Positions 1 through 12,741 of a stretch of 64,000 nt of DNA are shown here, one piece after another. Every line of letters starts with the position of its first letter. Positions within the stretch are counted from its first letter, which is position 1. The translations under genes and the position numbers were made by a program. Under the pieces are notes generated by a model. It did not search any database and had not been told where the DNA came from. It saw only the letters and a program-made list of their open reading frames with translations. This stretch comes from Octopus sinensis. Taxonomy: Eukaryota. The stretch lies in contig NC_043006.1 of the NCBI RefSeq assembly GCF_006345805.1, positions 37,634,001 to 37,698,000 of the forward strand, read 5' to 3'.

Positions 1-265
1 CATACAAAGAGACACACAACCACATACTAATTCATACATACATATATGCACACATGCATACACACATACATACATACATACATGCATATATACATACATA
101 CATGCATACGTGCATATATATATATATATATATATTGTTTGTGTCTTCGTAACTTAGCGGTTCGGGAAAAGGAACCGATAGAATAAGTACTAGGCTTACA
201 AAGAATAAGTCCTTGGGTCGATTTGTTCGATTAAAGGCGATGCACCAGCATGGCCGTCGTCAAAT

Positions 266-346
<81 letters not shown>

Positions 347-524
347 GCACATTTATGCACACACTTGCAAATACATGCATACACACATACACACAGTAAC
401 AAAGAGCCTCCGCGTGTGTTGGCGCTCATATTAATAGAGTGTCATAATCGCACGCAGTACCATAAACACACATACACACACTAATATATAAGCACTCATG
501 TGTGTATATATATGTGTATGTTTT

Positions 525-571
<47 letters not shown>

Positions 572-778
572 GCACACACACACAAGACGACACTGCTCAC
601 ACATTGGCATCAAGACATATAACTCTGCGCCTATCAGTCATACGTACTCTATATACACGCACGATGTAATTATTGTAAATCACAGATCACACATTTATGA
701 ATTTATACACGCGCGTATGCTCGTGTAAATGACTGACACAAAGGTGTGTGCTTGTGTTTGCGTAATATATATTTGTGC

Positions 779-841
<63 letters not shown>

Positions 842-1191
842 ATATATATATGACACAAACACATACATACGCGCGTGTATATGTATATACGTGGCGTGTG
901 TTTTTGTGTTTGTGTGTGTATGTGTGTGTGAGTGTGTGTGTGTGTGTGAGAGAGAGAGAGTGTGTGTTTGTGTATGTGTATGTGTATGTGTGATACATTT
1001 GAAAAAGAATTACTTCTAATTGATGCATTCGTTACATTAAAAGAAGAATGGTGCGTGCGTGCGTGTGTATGTGTAGAGAGAGAGAGGGAGAAAGAGAGAA
1101 AGAGAGAGAGAAAGCGAAGTAAATAGCTAGAAAGATATATAGATATATAGATATATCTATCTACAAACATATACATACATACATACATACA

Positions 1192-1222
<31 letters not shown>

Positions 1223-1225
1223 TTA
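1..1225. repeat. Microsatellite-rich tract: (CATA)n, (TA)n, (CA/TG)n, (GA)n
   Basis: Directly visible simple repeats; ORFs here are YIYI/HTHT/CVCV artefacts. Confidence 0.97.
136..268 (+). mobile_element. SINE family A, 3' half
   Basis: gtaacttagcggttcgg...gatagaataagtactaggcttacaaagaataagtcc...cagcatggccg...caaatgac matches the 3' half of the full copies at 31.5, 47.5 and 59.2 kb. Confidence 0.85.
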
Positions 1226-1718
1226 CATCTGCTCACTGGCGTACACAAGCTTTTATATCTAGTTATAGCAGCATTAGGAGTGTTTGTTTTGACGCTTTTA
1301 TGTATTATAGAATACATCGATAGCTGTTTAGCTACACCGTAAGCACACGTAAGCACAAAATCGTTATATAGAATACTTTTGTTGACATTAATCTATTAAT
1401 CGAACTATCTTTGCATACAAATTAAACCTGTCCCATTTAGTCAACGTGGATTTATTAGCAATTTCTCTGTTGTCAGTTAATCGCTAGTGAAATTTCAATA
1501 CATACGAACATGGTAGTTGCTTCATCTTCACAGACGATTGCCGTCTCCCTGAGCTTCGTCGGTTGTCAATGGCATTTCTGACTTTCTGTCTATGACTTCT
1601 CCGATCACCATTCACTCTCGCTGCAGACCTGCATAATGTGAAGCATAGGTGACAGACGACACTTGTAACTTGCTCTGAATTGATCGGATCACTCTATAAG
1701 CTATAATCCCCGTGAGCC

Positions 1719-1938
1719 GCCATATGTCTCTTCAGTCTCAAAATCGACTTGCATGCCCTTTTCTTCTTTATTTATTGCCCACAAGGGGCTAACGCTAGAA
1801 GGGACAAATAAGGACAGACAAAGAGATTGCCATATGTCTCTTCAGTCTCAAAATCGACTTGCATGCCCTTTTCTTCTTTATTTATTGCCCACAAGGGGCT
1901 AACGCTAGAAGGGACAAATAAGGACAGACAAAGAGATT
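1719..1938. repeat. 110-bp tandem duplication spanning a SINE tail/flank junction
   Basis: gccatatgtctcttcagtctc...gacagacaaagagatt starts at 1719 and again at 1829. Confidence 0.95.
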
Positions 1939-2102
1939 AAGTTGATTACATCGACCCCAGTGCGTAACTGGTACTTAATTTATCAACCACGAAAGGATGA
2001 AAGACCAAGTCGACCTCGACGGAATTTGATCTCAGAACGTAACGGCAGACGAAATACCGCTAAGCATTTCGCCCGGCGTGCTAACGTTTCTGCCAGCTTG
2101 CC
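1872..2102 (-). mobile_element. tRNA-derived SINE family B
   Basis: Reverse complement of ggcgagctggcagaaacgttagcacgccgggcgaaatgcttagcgg... through the tail; many copies in the window. Confidence 0.9.
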
Positions 2103-2441
2103 TTTCTTGCAAGCCATTTTCACACAACACACACTTTGAATCATCCGGTCTAGAAGGAAAGAAGTTGCATACATTACATCTTTTACAGAATTGCAAATGG
2201 CTGCCATACACAAGCAAAGAGTACATGGTCCCACGTTTAACACCAACATTTTACGCTTGCATTGAGGTTCTAATGGCAACCCCTCCGAAGCCAACGCTTT
2301 ATGTTTTTATCCTCTTCAAAAGTTTTACAACCTTCCATTACACACTTCTTTCATTCAGCTCTTTCCAAGACTACTTCTTCCCAGTTCTTTACATTGATCT
2401 GTAGTTCTTTTACATACATACACACATACATATATACATAT

Positions 2442-2494
<53 letters not shown>

Positions 2495-2567
2495 TACATA
2501 CATACATACATACATGCATGCATACATACTTGCATATAATCATACATACAACCATACATACATACAT

Positions 2568-2830
2568 AAAGCTGAAGATTAGTGAAAAAGAGAACACCTA
2601 TACTGAACTATTGAGAAATCTGCAGTTACTCTATCCAGATTACAAGTTCAGGTTTATACCTGTAATTATTGGGGCCCTGTGATATGTAACACACTTCCTA
2701 AATACCAAGCTTGAGAAATTAGGCTTCACAAAACCAGAAAGGAGAAATCTGATTCGAAGACTACAGATCTAGTCCATTACTGGAACTGTAAAAGTCTGTA
2801 AAAATTTCCAGAAGTTTATCATTTAAATAT
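2568..2830 (+). mobile_element. 3' fragment of an RLE-type non-LTR retrotransposon (second family, CATA-associated)
   Basis: Translates KISEKENTYTELLRNLQLLYPDYKFRFIPVIIGAL*YV...LQI*SITGTVKVCKNFQKFII*; EK..Y..L / PVIIGALG / GT.K pattern of RLE C-termini; homolog at 57.45-57.59 kb. Confidence 0.75.
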
Positions 2831-2997
2831 ATATGAGCATGTCTAGATATGCAACTATATATGCATGAGACTACATCGAGTACGTCGAACATAACTGCTC
2901 ACACATGCAAGCGCAAACACACACATATACATAGATACGCACACAACACGTTCACACACATAGGCACAACTACACACACACACATACGCCGAACAAT

Positions 2998-3048
2998 GAG
3001 AAGAAGTAGAAGAAGAAGAAGAAGAAGAAGAAGAAGAAGAAGAAGAAG

Positions 3049-3104
<56 letters not shown>

Positions 3105-3600
3105 GAACGAGAAGAAGAACAAGAACAAGAAGAACAAGAAGAACAAGAAGAACAAGAACAAGAAGAACAAGAAGAACAAGAAGACGAAGAAGAAGAAGAA
3201 GAAGAAGAAGAAGAAGAAGAAGAAGAAGAAGAAGAAGAACAACAACAACAACAAGAACGAGAAGAAGACAAGAACAAGAAGAACAAGAACAAGAAGAACA
3301 AGAGAAGAACAAGAACAAGAAGAACAAGAAGAACAAGAAGAACAAGAAGAACAAGAGAACAAGAAGAACAAGAACAAGAAGACGAAGAAGAAGAACAAGA
3401 AGAGAAGAAGAAGAAGAAGAAGAAGAAGAACAACAAGAAGAACAAGAAGAAGAACAAGAACAATAACAACAACAACAACAACAACAACAACAAGACGAAG
3501 AAGAAGAAGAAGAAGAAGAAGAAGAAGAAGAAGAAGAAGAAGAAGAAGAAGAAGAAGAAGAAGAAGAAGAAGAAGGAGAAGAAGAAGAAGAAGAAGAAAA
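2998..3600. repeat. Compound (AAG)n/(AAC)n trinucleotide tract with mixed units
   Basis: Directly visible; source of the poly-R/T/E/S/L/F ORFs. Confidence 0.97.
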
Positions 3601-3911
3601 AAAATTTGACAATGATGATGGTTTTCATATACCACAGGGGCATACTTGAGGGGGACATCACAAGTAGGGACTACAATTACATAAAAAAGATGAGAGAAAA
3701 GAAAAGTATAATTTAGATATACGGCCAACAGATGCGAAAGGAAGAAATTAGGGGATTACGTTGACACCAATATCTAACTGGTACTTTATTTTATCCACCC
3801 CGAAAGAAGAAAGACAAAAGTTGACGTATGAGTTATTTGAACTCAGGACCAGGATACCGCAAAACAGTTCCTCGACGCTCTAATGAAAACATGTGTTTGT
3901 ACGTCTTTGTG

Positions 3912-3950
<39 letters not shown>

Positions 3951-3961
3951 TGCGTGCGAGC

Positions 3962-3992
<31 letters not shown>

Positions 3993-4300
3993 CGTGTGTG
4001 TGTCTATGTGTGTCTGTCTGTATGTATGTATGTATGTTTGTATGTGTGTGGTGGGGTGGGGATGACGACCTCTGGAAATACAGTTTTTGTTTGAACATTA
4101 AAATTCAGCTGAGAATTTTGCTGCTGCTTTTAAACACAGTACAACTGTATAACCCGGCGATGAATGCATATTTGTTGATGAATCTCTTGATGGCATCAAT
4201 GGAAATGTTGAATGCCTACTGATCGAAATGGGCTTTTAACGTATCAATTTGTAATTTGGCAACAACATCAATGACTGTTTGTCATTTTGTCTTTTATCGT

Positions 4301-4329
4301 TATAATAATAATTATAATAATAATTAATA

Positions 4330-4386
<57 letters not shown>

Positions 4387-4426
4387 TGATAATAATAATA
4401 ATAATGATTATGATAATAATAATGAT

Positions 4427-4497
<71 letters not shown>
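4301..4497. repeat. (TAA)n microsatellite
   Basis: Directly visible; abuts the 5' end of the R4/Dong-like copy. Confidence 0.97.
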
Positions 4498-4499
<2 letters not shown>

Positions 4500-5225
4500 G
4501 GCCAACATATTAAAGAACGGCAGCTGCCCAACATGTGTTGTCTCCATATGCAGTCTTCTTGAGCCTACAGAGTATCTTAACAGGCATGATACAGCAGCAC
4601 AGTATATTCACTGGGTAATTTGCAAAAATCTGGATCTGCTCCATGATGAAAACTGGTTGGGAACACAAACCACTTCCAGTGCTTGAAAATGATCACCTCT
4701 CACTCCTCTGGAACTTTACCTTTCAAACTGACAGAAAGGTAGATGCGAATAGGCTAGACATTATATTGAAAGACTTCAGACAAAAATCATGCCTCCTCAT
4801 TGATGTCCCAAGCGATATAAATGTCAAGACCTACCAAAAACTGAGCAACTATACAGATCTTGAAATAATTGGCAAAATGTGGAGCATCAAGACTAAAACG
4901 ATACCTGTTGTCATAGGTGCCCAAGGAATGATAGCAAAAGGGGCTGATTCCTATCAAGCTCAGATACCAGAAAACCCCAAAATGTCAGAAATTCAAAACA
5001 TAGTCTCGTGGGAACTGCCCATATCCTACGTAAAATACTGTATTTATAATCTCAAATTTTAAAACAAACTCACAATTTTCTTAAACATTCTCTAGAACAA
5101 TACTATGTACAAAACCAAATATATGGCAACCTAGGCATAACACCAACATGAACTTCTAACTTGTCTCTTGAGGTCTCTGAGACTTGGAGCCAATTTGTAC
5201 AAATACAAATCTAAATTCAAACATA

Positions 5226-5226
<1 letters not shown>
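4498..5226 (+). mobile_element. 5'-truncated R4/Dong-like RLE LINE, copy A
   Basis: EYLNRHD..AQYIHWVICK, WEHKPLPVLEN..LLWNFTFQTDRKVDANRLDII...CLLID...KLSNYTDL...IPVVIGAQGMI; (TAA)n on both sides. Confidence 0.88.
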
Positions 5227-5285
<59 letters not shown>

Positions 5286-5302
5286 TGATGATGATGATGA
5301 TG

Positions 5303-5380
<78 letters not shown>

Positions 5381-5381
<1 letters not shown>

Positions 5382-6540
5382 GACCTCTACTGTAGGAATG
5401 AACAGGTACCTATCTAGTACAAAATACTGGATGCTGCGACTTGTGTGTGAACACGAAAGCAGCAAAAAGCTGCATTCTATTGTCAAGGAAGCTTATAAGT
5501 TCGAAGGGAACTAGGCATTAACCTTGAATCAGGTGAAGAGCCAGAAAACCACTGCTACCAAGCAAGCAAAGCGAATCAGGCAGACTGCAAAAAAGAATGG
5601 GCAGAATCAAATTGAGAGGCGGTGGAGCCAGAAGCCCCTGCATGGACAATACATTCTCCGAAGCCAAAATGCTGATGTAGACCAAGCAACAACCCATCAG
5701 TGGCTGAAGAGTTCTGGATTGAAAGCAGAGACTGAAGGCTTCATAATGGCAGCACAAGATCAAAGCTTGTTTACCAGAAATTACCAGGCTAACGTTCTCC
5801 GAAACGGTACTGACCCTAAATGCAGATTCTGTGACACATTTGACGAAACAATAGACCATCTCGTTTCGGGATGTCCTGTGCTGACACCAAACGAATACAA
5901 AAATCGCCACGATAGGGTAGGACAGTATATACATTGGAAGATATGTAAACACTACAAATCCGACACTCCTGCTAACTGGTATGAACACCATCCTCAGCCA
6001 GTTGTTGAAGGTAAAGATGTCACCATCCTCTGGGATTTTCCAGTCAACACTGACAGAACGATCAAGGCTAATCGACCAGACATAATTGTTAAAGACAGGG
6101 AAGAAAATACCTGCAGACTAATAGAAGTAAGCGTCCCCACTGATAAAAATGTATCTGTCAAGGAATTTGACAAACTTAGTAAATATAAGGACCTGAAAAT
6201 CGAAATACAGAGGATGTGGAATCTTAAAACAAAAACTGTTCCTGTTATTGTAGGTGCCCTAGGTATGATAAAAAAGGGATGTCAGAAACACCTAGACATA
6301 TCCCTGGAAAACCATGTCTCAAGGAAATCCAAAAGATTGTGCTAACAAGTACTGCCCACATCCTTAGAAAAACCCTATCAATGTAAATGTTTGTGTTTGT
6401 ATTACATGGAGATATTTCTCTACTTCCCCTCCCCAAGCTTTCAGCTATATTTCAACAACTCTTAACCTTCACTTGCCCTAGGGCGCTGGGTGTGCCCCGG
6501 CAGGTGATTGCATAAAACATGCAGATTAAAAGTAAATGAC
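5381..6540 (+). mobile_element. 5'-truncated R4/Dong-like RLE LINE, copy B (CCHC knuckle, PD-(D/E)xK nuclease, 3' UTR)
   Basis: ORF 5524-6345: LHGQY, GLKAETEGFIMAAQDQSL, CRFC..DETIDHLVSGC, YKNRHDRV..IHWKIC, ILWDFPVNTDRTIKANRPDII, IEVSVP, KLSKYKDL, VPVIVGALG; (TAA)n on both sides. Confidence 0.93.
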
Positions 6541-6660
6541 AATGATAATAATAATAATAATAATGATGATGATGATGATGATAATAATAATAATAGTAAT
6601 AATAACAGCCAAAACAATTATTATTATCATTATTATCAGTTATCATCATCATCGTCATTA

Positions 6661-6711
<51 letters not shown>

Positions 6712-6732
6712 GATCATTATTATTATTATTAT

Positions 6733-7412
6733 GAAAGACTCTTGGATAGTTCTAATTTCCAGTTGTTCTTTACTTGAAGGCAGGCAATAACAAATCACCA
6801 AAATGTTTGAAGTAGTGCCTCCCTCTGTGACTCAAAGAGACAATACTTTCCTTGGAATGCAAGCTGTACCCAACAATGCTGTCTTCTGGATCACCTCGAG
6901 CCTGACAGCAGCTTCAGTATTCTTATTATGTTTTTCAAAGGTCTTGGAAACTGCTCCCAATGCTCCAATCATCACCGGTATCACCATTACTTTCCTCATA
7001 CCCCATAACTTTCCTATCTCGTCCCTCAGTAACTGGTATTTCTCACTCTTTTCTGTTTCCTTACATTTCACCCTCGAATCGCCTGGTATTGCAACATCTA
7101 TTATCTTCGCTTCCTTTTCATCTTTATGGATGATCACGATATCTGGCCGTCTCGCCTCTATGACTTAGTCGCCCTGTATGTTAAAATCCCAGAGTATTTA
7201 GTAATGTTCGTTTTCCATTACTCCCTCTGGCTTGTGTTCATACCATTGTTCGGCTCTCTCGATGTTTGCTTTACCGCACAACAGCCAGTGGACATATCTG
7301 GCCACATTATCGCGCCTCCTTTTGTATTCGCGTTGCGCGAGCTTACAACACTCACTAACAATATGGCTTATACTTTCTTCCTTCTCAGAGCACATCCTAC
7401 CCTGCGGCGATT
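6733..7412 (-). mobile_element. 5'-truncated R4/Dong-like RLE LINE, copy C
   Basis: ORFs 7198-7395 (CSEKEESISHIVSECCKLAQREYKRRHD-like) and 6832-7137 (IIDVAIPGD...KYQLL...VIPVMIGALG...IQKTALLGTA); (TTA)n at its left (3') end. Confidence 0.92.
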
Positions 7413-7417
7413 ATTTA

Positions 7418-7668
7418 TTAAGGCGGTGAGCAAACAGAATCGTCAGCCAGAAGAAATGTTTGGAGGCATTTCTTCTGGCTTCTTAAGTTGTAAGATCAAT
7501 TTCCACCGAGGTCGACTATGCCTTTCATCCAATTGGGGTCAATAAAATAAGTACCATTTGAGCATCGGGGTTGATGAAATAAGGACTAGTTGAGCACTGG
7601 GGTCGATGTAATTGACTGCCCCTCTCCCACAAAATTTCAGGCCTTATATTGTTAACAGAAAAGATTAT
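7418..7668 (+). mobile_element. SINE family B with second tail type
   Basis: ggcggtgagc...gaggtcgactatgcctttcatcc...ggggtcgatgtaattgactgcccctctcccacaaaatttcaggcc. Confidence 0.8.
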
Positions 7669-8050
7669 TGACGACCTACGTTAGCAATATATGGAAACCT
7701 AATGACGTGAGAGAGAGCGATGACGTTCTCGAGAAAACTCTGGGTGTCGTCGAAGATGAACTACCTGGTCTGTTGTGGTGAAAGTACGATACTCCCTGAC
7801 GAGAATAGACGAGACCACTACATATAAATAGCTGTCTGACATATTCAGCAGTTCGTGGTTTGGTCTTCGAAGTCCAGGTACAGTTTACAGTTCGAGTTCG
7901 TGTGTTGGAAATACTGATTGTTGGTTCGTTATGTGTTTGTAACTGCCGCTGTTTCTATTTTGTATCGTTATGGCACTGTTACAGTGTATTCTTTACCTAT
8001 CGTCGGCAATATCAACAGTACTACGATATTAGAGACGTAAGGATATAACA
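7669..8050 (+). mobile_element. Candidate solo LTR
   Basis: TG...ACA termini, TATA-like catataaatagc at 7821, gttctcgagaaaac motif also in the 57.9-58.3 kb candidate; no TSD found. Confidence 0.35.
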
Positions 8051-8059
8051 AAAGGACGT

Positions 8060-10230
8060 TCGCTCGGGTTCGGAACTACCATAGTTAACTTCCAGAAATC
8101 CTTGGCCTGGTAGTGCTAACAAAGAGCACAGCCGGTTCATGATAAAAACTCCACAGGTATGGAAGCGCCGACAAGCGGGAATACCCGAGATGTGCGCAAG
8201 ACAACGAAACTGTACTGCACACAATCGTGCAGTGGCTGAGTAGAATCTTTTCTTTTTGAAAGCCAGATTTTTCAGATTTTTCTAGTTAACTAAATAATTT
8301 GAAACTTCGTATACTTGTAGAATGTGTCAAAAGAAAACAATAATTTCAACTAGTTTTTTTGACAAAAATGTATTTTATAAGTTTAAACGTAGTTTAAATC
8401 TGCGAATTTTAACCAATCGTATTCTCTGTATTGAGTTGAAATTATTTGCTCCGTCTAAACATATTGTTACTGTGACGTAAACAGCTGTTTTGTGACGTAG
8501 TTAACGTAAACAGCTAAATTCTTTTTGAAATTAGTGTTTAAATTATTTTCCATTGTTTGCATTGCTTTATAAATTTGAAAGTTATTCTTTTGTATAAGAT
8601 TATTATTCCTTTCGTCTTTAATAAATATATATGTGCACAACAAACGTGCCTACACACGTACTGTTTACTTTGGATGAATAATAAACACATATTCAGTGTT
8701 TTTGTATAGGCTTCGGGTGTTTTCTCTATACAATGTATATATTTACTATAAACTTGTTCACATGCTTTGATTCTTCAGTTTGACACACGCCTTGAACCGG
8801 TTATTTGGCTTGTATGCACCCACATACACACACGTACCCATCCATACGCATACTCGCACATAATCAGGGCCCCTCTGCGTTTTCGCTCGTCGATGTGCTA
8901 AGAATAACACCCAAATCCCCTTAAAACCATATACTACTGGGTTAAAGGAAGGGTACATTGGCTAATATAATCATAGATGCTATATCTGAAAAAAAGGCGG
9001 GGGGCAAAAATACGGGTTGGTCATAGTTGGAACCCTTTGATCCTCAACCGGATTTATCAGGATGACCTGAGTTAAATAGCAATAACAATATATTTGTAAT
9101 ATTGATTATAGACACAAAGCATATATTTTGGGGTGAGTGGAGGGTATAATCATTTATATCGATCTCCAATACTTGATCGATGTATTTTCTCGACCGTGGA
9201 ATAACAGACGGCTTGTTTAGAATTCCGGTGAGGGTTGAAACCCGAACGTATAGGACCGTATCCCTAAACATTCTAAGAGTCCTTTACCAAGCCCTTGTCA
9301 GCATGTAATATCATCTGATCCACATTATCTCTCTATTATTTGTCCACGCGTAAAATATATCATCAAGGTGACATAGTTAAACTTCGACGAAAAATATAAT
9401 GTAAAGCTGGCAGAATCGTTAGTGCATCGGATAAAATGCCTAGCGTCATTTCTTACGAATCTTTACGTTCCGTGTTCGAATATTAGGTATTCTAGGTTTG
9501 ACCATCCCAAGTGTTACACCTACTCCAAAGGCACGATGAAGTGGTGGGCAGTTAAAATGTTTTAAAACGTGGATTTTTCAGAAAAATAAGATTTAATGCG
9601 AATTACATGTATTTTAGAGTGACGAAAATTACCGAAACCCCTCCAAAAATTTACCATCGAAATTTCATTTTATTCTCGACAGCTATTTCGAAAGCCCGCC
9701 GTATTTTTATTATTATTCTGTCTGTTTAGGACTTTCTTATATGGGACGGTGATGTTTACATTTTAGCTATGTTAACTACGTTACAAAATAGCTGTTTACG
9801 TCACAGTAACAATATTTTGAGAAGCAGTAAATAATATGAGGCCGAAAGAAAGAATATCATTGGTTAAAATTCGAATTTTTAAACAACGTTAAACTTAGAA
9901 ATTACAATTCCGTTTTCATTTTGGTTTACAATTATGTTTTCTTTTGACACATTCTACCAGTATACGAAGTTTCAAATTGTTTCGTTAACTAGGAAAATCT
10001 GGCTTTCAAAAGGAAAAGATCCGCTGAGTATTACTGACTTTTGGAGTGATGTCGAACAGCTGCTGTCTTGTGTGAGACAAATCCAACTATCAGCCGAACC
10101 CATCATGAGGATCACCCCACTACCACCACCACCACCACTACAACCCCCTTTAGCAAGGCAGGTAACCCTGGATCTGTTGGCTTCCTTGGTTGACTCTGGC
10201 TGCAATTTCTCCTGTATCAGGAGGACTGCA
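8060..10230 (+). mobile_element. Decayed Tx1/L1-like LINE C-terminus (zf-RVT-like region) split by the 8243-10022 insertion
   Basis: Removing the insertion restores NFQKSLAW...YPRCAQDNETVLHTIVQW|LSITDFWSDVEQLLSCVRQIQL, homologous to the 50.4 kb copy. Confidence 0.8.
8243..10022. mobile_element. Non-autonomous DNA transposon with ~270-bp TIRs and 8-bp TSD (Merlin- or Mutator-like)
   Basis: TSD GCTGAGTA at 8235-8242 and 10023-10030; termini gaatcttttc / gaaaagatcc; long inverted repeats ~8243-8520 and ~9759-10022. Confidence 0.88.
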
Positions 10231-10341
10231 CCATTCATGTGTTCACATATATTGTATACCATATAAACTATATATACGTCGTGTTATATATATATATATT
10301 ATATATATATATATATTATATATATATATATATACATATAT

Positions 10342-10497
10342 ACAGCAGGCTTCTCTCCGTTTCCGCCTACCAAATCTATTCACAAGGCTTTGATCGGATC
10401 GAGGTTATAGTACAAGACACTTCAGCTATAGTGGAATTGAACCTGGAACCAATCGGTCGGGGAGCAAACTTCTAACCACACAGCCACACCAGTAGCT
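10342..10497 (-). mobile_element. SINE family A head
   Basis: Reverse complement of the tRNA-like head (tggctgtgtggttagaagtttgctc...ggttccaggttcaattcc...gatttggtaggcggaaac). Confidence 0.8.
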
Positions 10498-11069
10498 CTA
10501 CGGTTTGCACGAATATGTGCGTGTGCATGTGTGTGTGTGTGCATGAGTAAGTGTATATGTGTGTGCATGCATGTGTGTGTGTGTGCGCGCGCGCGCGTGT
10601 GTGTGTGTTAGTCAAAATATTATATCAATGTTTGTCAGTCTATACTTCTTTCCATCTGTATATATGCTTTAAACGCACCGTTATACCTGTTCAGCTTAAA
10701 CCGTTATACCTGTTCAGAATCCCCTTTCATAACAATATTACTGGTTCCGATATTCCTTTCCTACACGTCGTCATATTTACCTTTATATTACACAATATTT
10801 TATTAAACCGCCGTTGTTATGTTCTTGGTGTAATATCGAATTTCTGTGCAGTGAATTATAGCAATATGATCAACTCTTAAGAACTTTTTCAGTCAAACAT
10901 GAAATCAATAACTGCAACATATATTATTGTCGTAGCCATCAATTTATACAAACCAACCCGGTACTTGTCTACACAAACTTTTGCCATTTGAGAAAATTGT
11001 TACTTTTTGCGCCATTATTTTTCTTCAGCGCAAGTCAAGACTCTAACTTCTTAGAATCATACGCATATA

Positions 11070-11228
11070 GGCGCAGGCGTGGCTGTATGGTGAGAAGCTT
11101 CTTTCCCAAAAATATAGCCACATGGTTCTAGGTGCAGTCTCACTGCACCTAGAAATCTTCTACTATTGCCTCGGGCCGGCCAAAGCCTTATGAATGGATT
11201 TGGTAGACAATACTTTAAAAATTCCGTC
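11070..11228 (+). mobile_element. SINE family A head
   Basis: ggcgcaggcgtggctgtatggtgagaagc...ggccaaagccttatgaatggatttggtagac. Confidence 0.8.
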
Positions 11229-11258
11229 GTATGTGTGTGTGCGTGCATTTGTGTAAGC

Positions 11259-11291
<33 letters not shown>

Positions 11292-11397
11292 CTATATATA
11301 TATATGTGTGTTGTGTGGTGGGTGTGTGTGTGTGTGTGTATGTGTGTGTGTGTGTGGTGTGTGTGTGTATGTATATATGTATGTATGTATGTATGGT

Positions 11398-11510
11398 CAT
11401 TCAGTTTATTTCAAAATTTCTTACCAATAGAGAAAGAACCGGTTTCTAACTAGATCCAAGGTTCCTTCATTGGAATTTCAGCATCAACAACAGGTTATTT
11501 TTTTAATGTA
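11398..11510 (-). mobile_element. ~115-bp dispersed unit flanked by (CATA)n; probable LINE 3' terminus
   Basis: tcattcagtttatttcaaaatttctt...gagaaagaaccggtttct...gatccaaggttccttcattggaattt recurs at ~28.6 and ~57.2 kb, each abutting (TATG)n. Confidence 0.7.
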
Positions 11511-11696
11511 TGTATGCATACCCTGCATTTAGTAGTAGTTACATGTACTATTTAAAACAGTTTGGTACGGTTCCATACGATTTAAAGGTTCGAAGGCGTC
11601 TAATTGAAGCTAGAAGCCAGTATCTTTCAAGCTTTAGTGACAGGATTCTAAAAGAGACCTGCGAAACTTTAATCTCACGATATATGTATATTATAT

Positions 11697-11758
<62 letters not shown>

Positions 11759-12610
11759 GTGTGTATATTATATATATATATGTATGTATGTATGTATGTA
11801 TGATTTGCGTGTGTTTGTGTGTGTGTGTGCCTGTCTATCTGTTTAGCCTTGTGTATTGGAACAGATTTTAATGTTTCGCGGGGTGGGGTGCATTGTGTCC
11901 AAACTTAACACAGGAACTGGGTCTGTTTCGCTTCTTTTATTATTAGTCAATTCGTTAACATTTACCCCGTCAAATAATCGATTATTTAACAGTTCGGTCA
12001 TTCAGTCACAACTAGGTTTGTCAAAGTTCTTTTGTCACCATTAATGACCTCATCAACAACATGCCCTCGCAACCTCACGTCTGCTTCCGGCCTATCTGCC
12101 TGTCTTCATATATACATACACACACATATTTATATAGAAATATGTATATGCGTAATCACTGGAATCACTGGAATACACAGTCATATTCGTACACGTATGT
12201 ATATTTTTACACGTGCGTGTGCATGCGTGTATATGCGTGCGTATTCATATGCGTGTGAATCGGTAAACATGCGGAAATACATGTAAATATATAATTAATT
12301 CGAAAAGTCTAGTCTAGTTTAATGAAATAATAATATTTATCCAGAGACCGTCCAAAGAGTTGTAAAAGAAGACAAGACATGTCTCTTTGTTATAATATCA
12401 TCCACAGACTGATAAGGGCCTTAGCAACAACTTCCTTTCTGCATGTGTGTGTATGTGTGTGTATGTATATATATATATATGTATGTATAAGTTATGAGAA
12501 TATGCATTCCAACTAATGTATTGTAATAAATCTGCATGTCTTTTTAACTAACTTCCTCACAATCCAGCTTTCTATGTCTGTCTGTCTGTCTTAACTGCCT
12601 AATCGCTAGC

Positions 12611-12700
<90 letters not shown>

Positions 12701-12741
12701 GTCTGTCTATCTATATCTATATCTATCAATCTGTATATATA

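Noticed and set aside
10677-10717. 18-bp direct repeat accgttatacctgttcag with a 5-nt spacer
   Set aside because: A local micro-duplication with only two copies and no further structure
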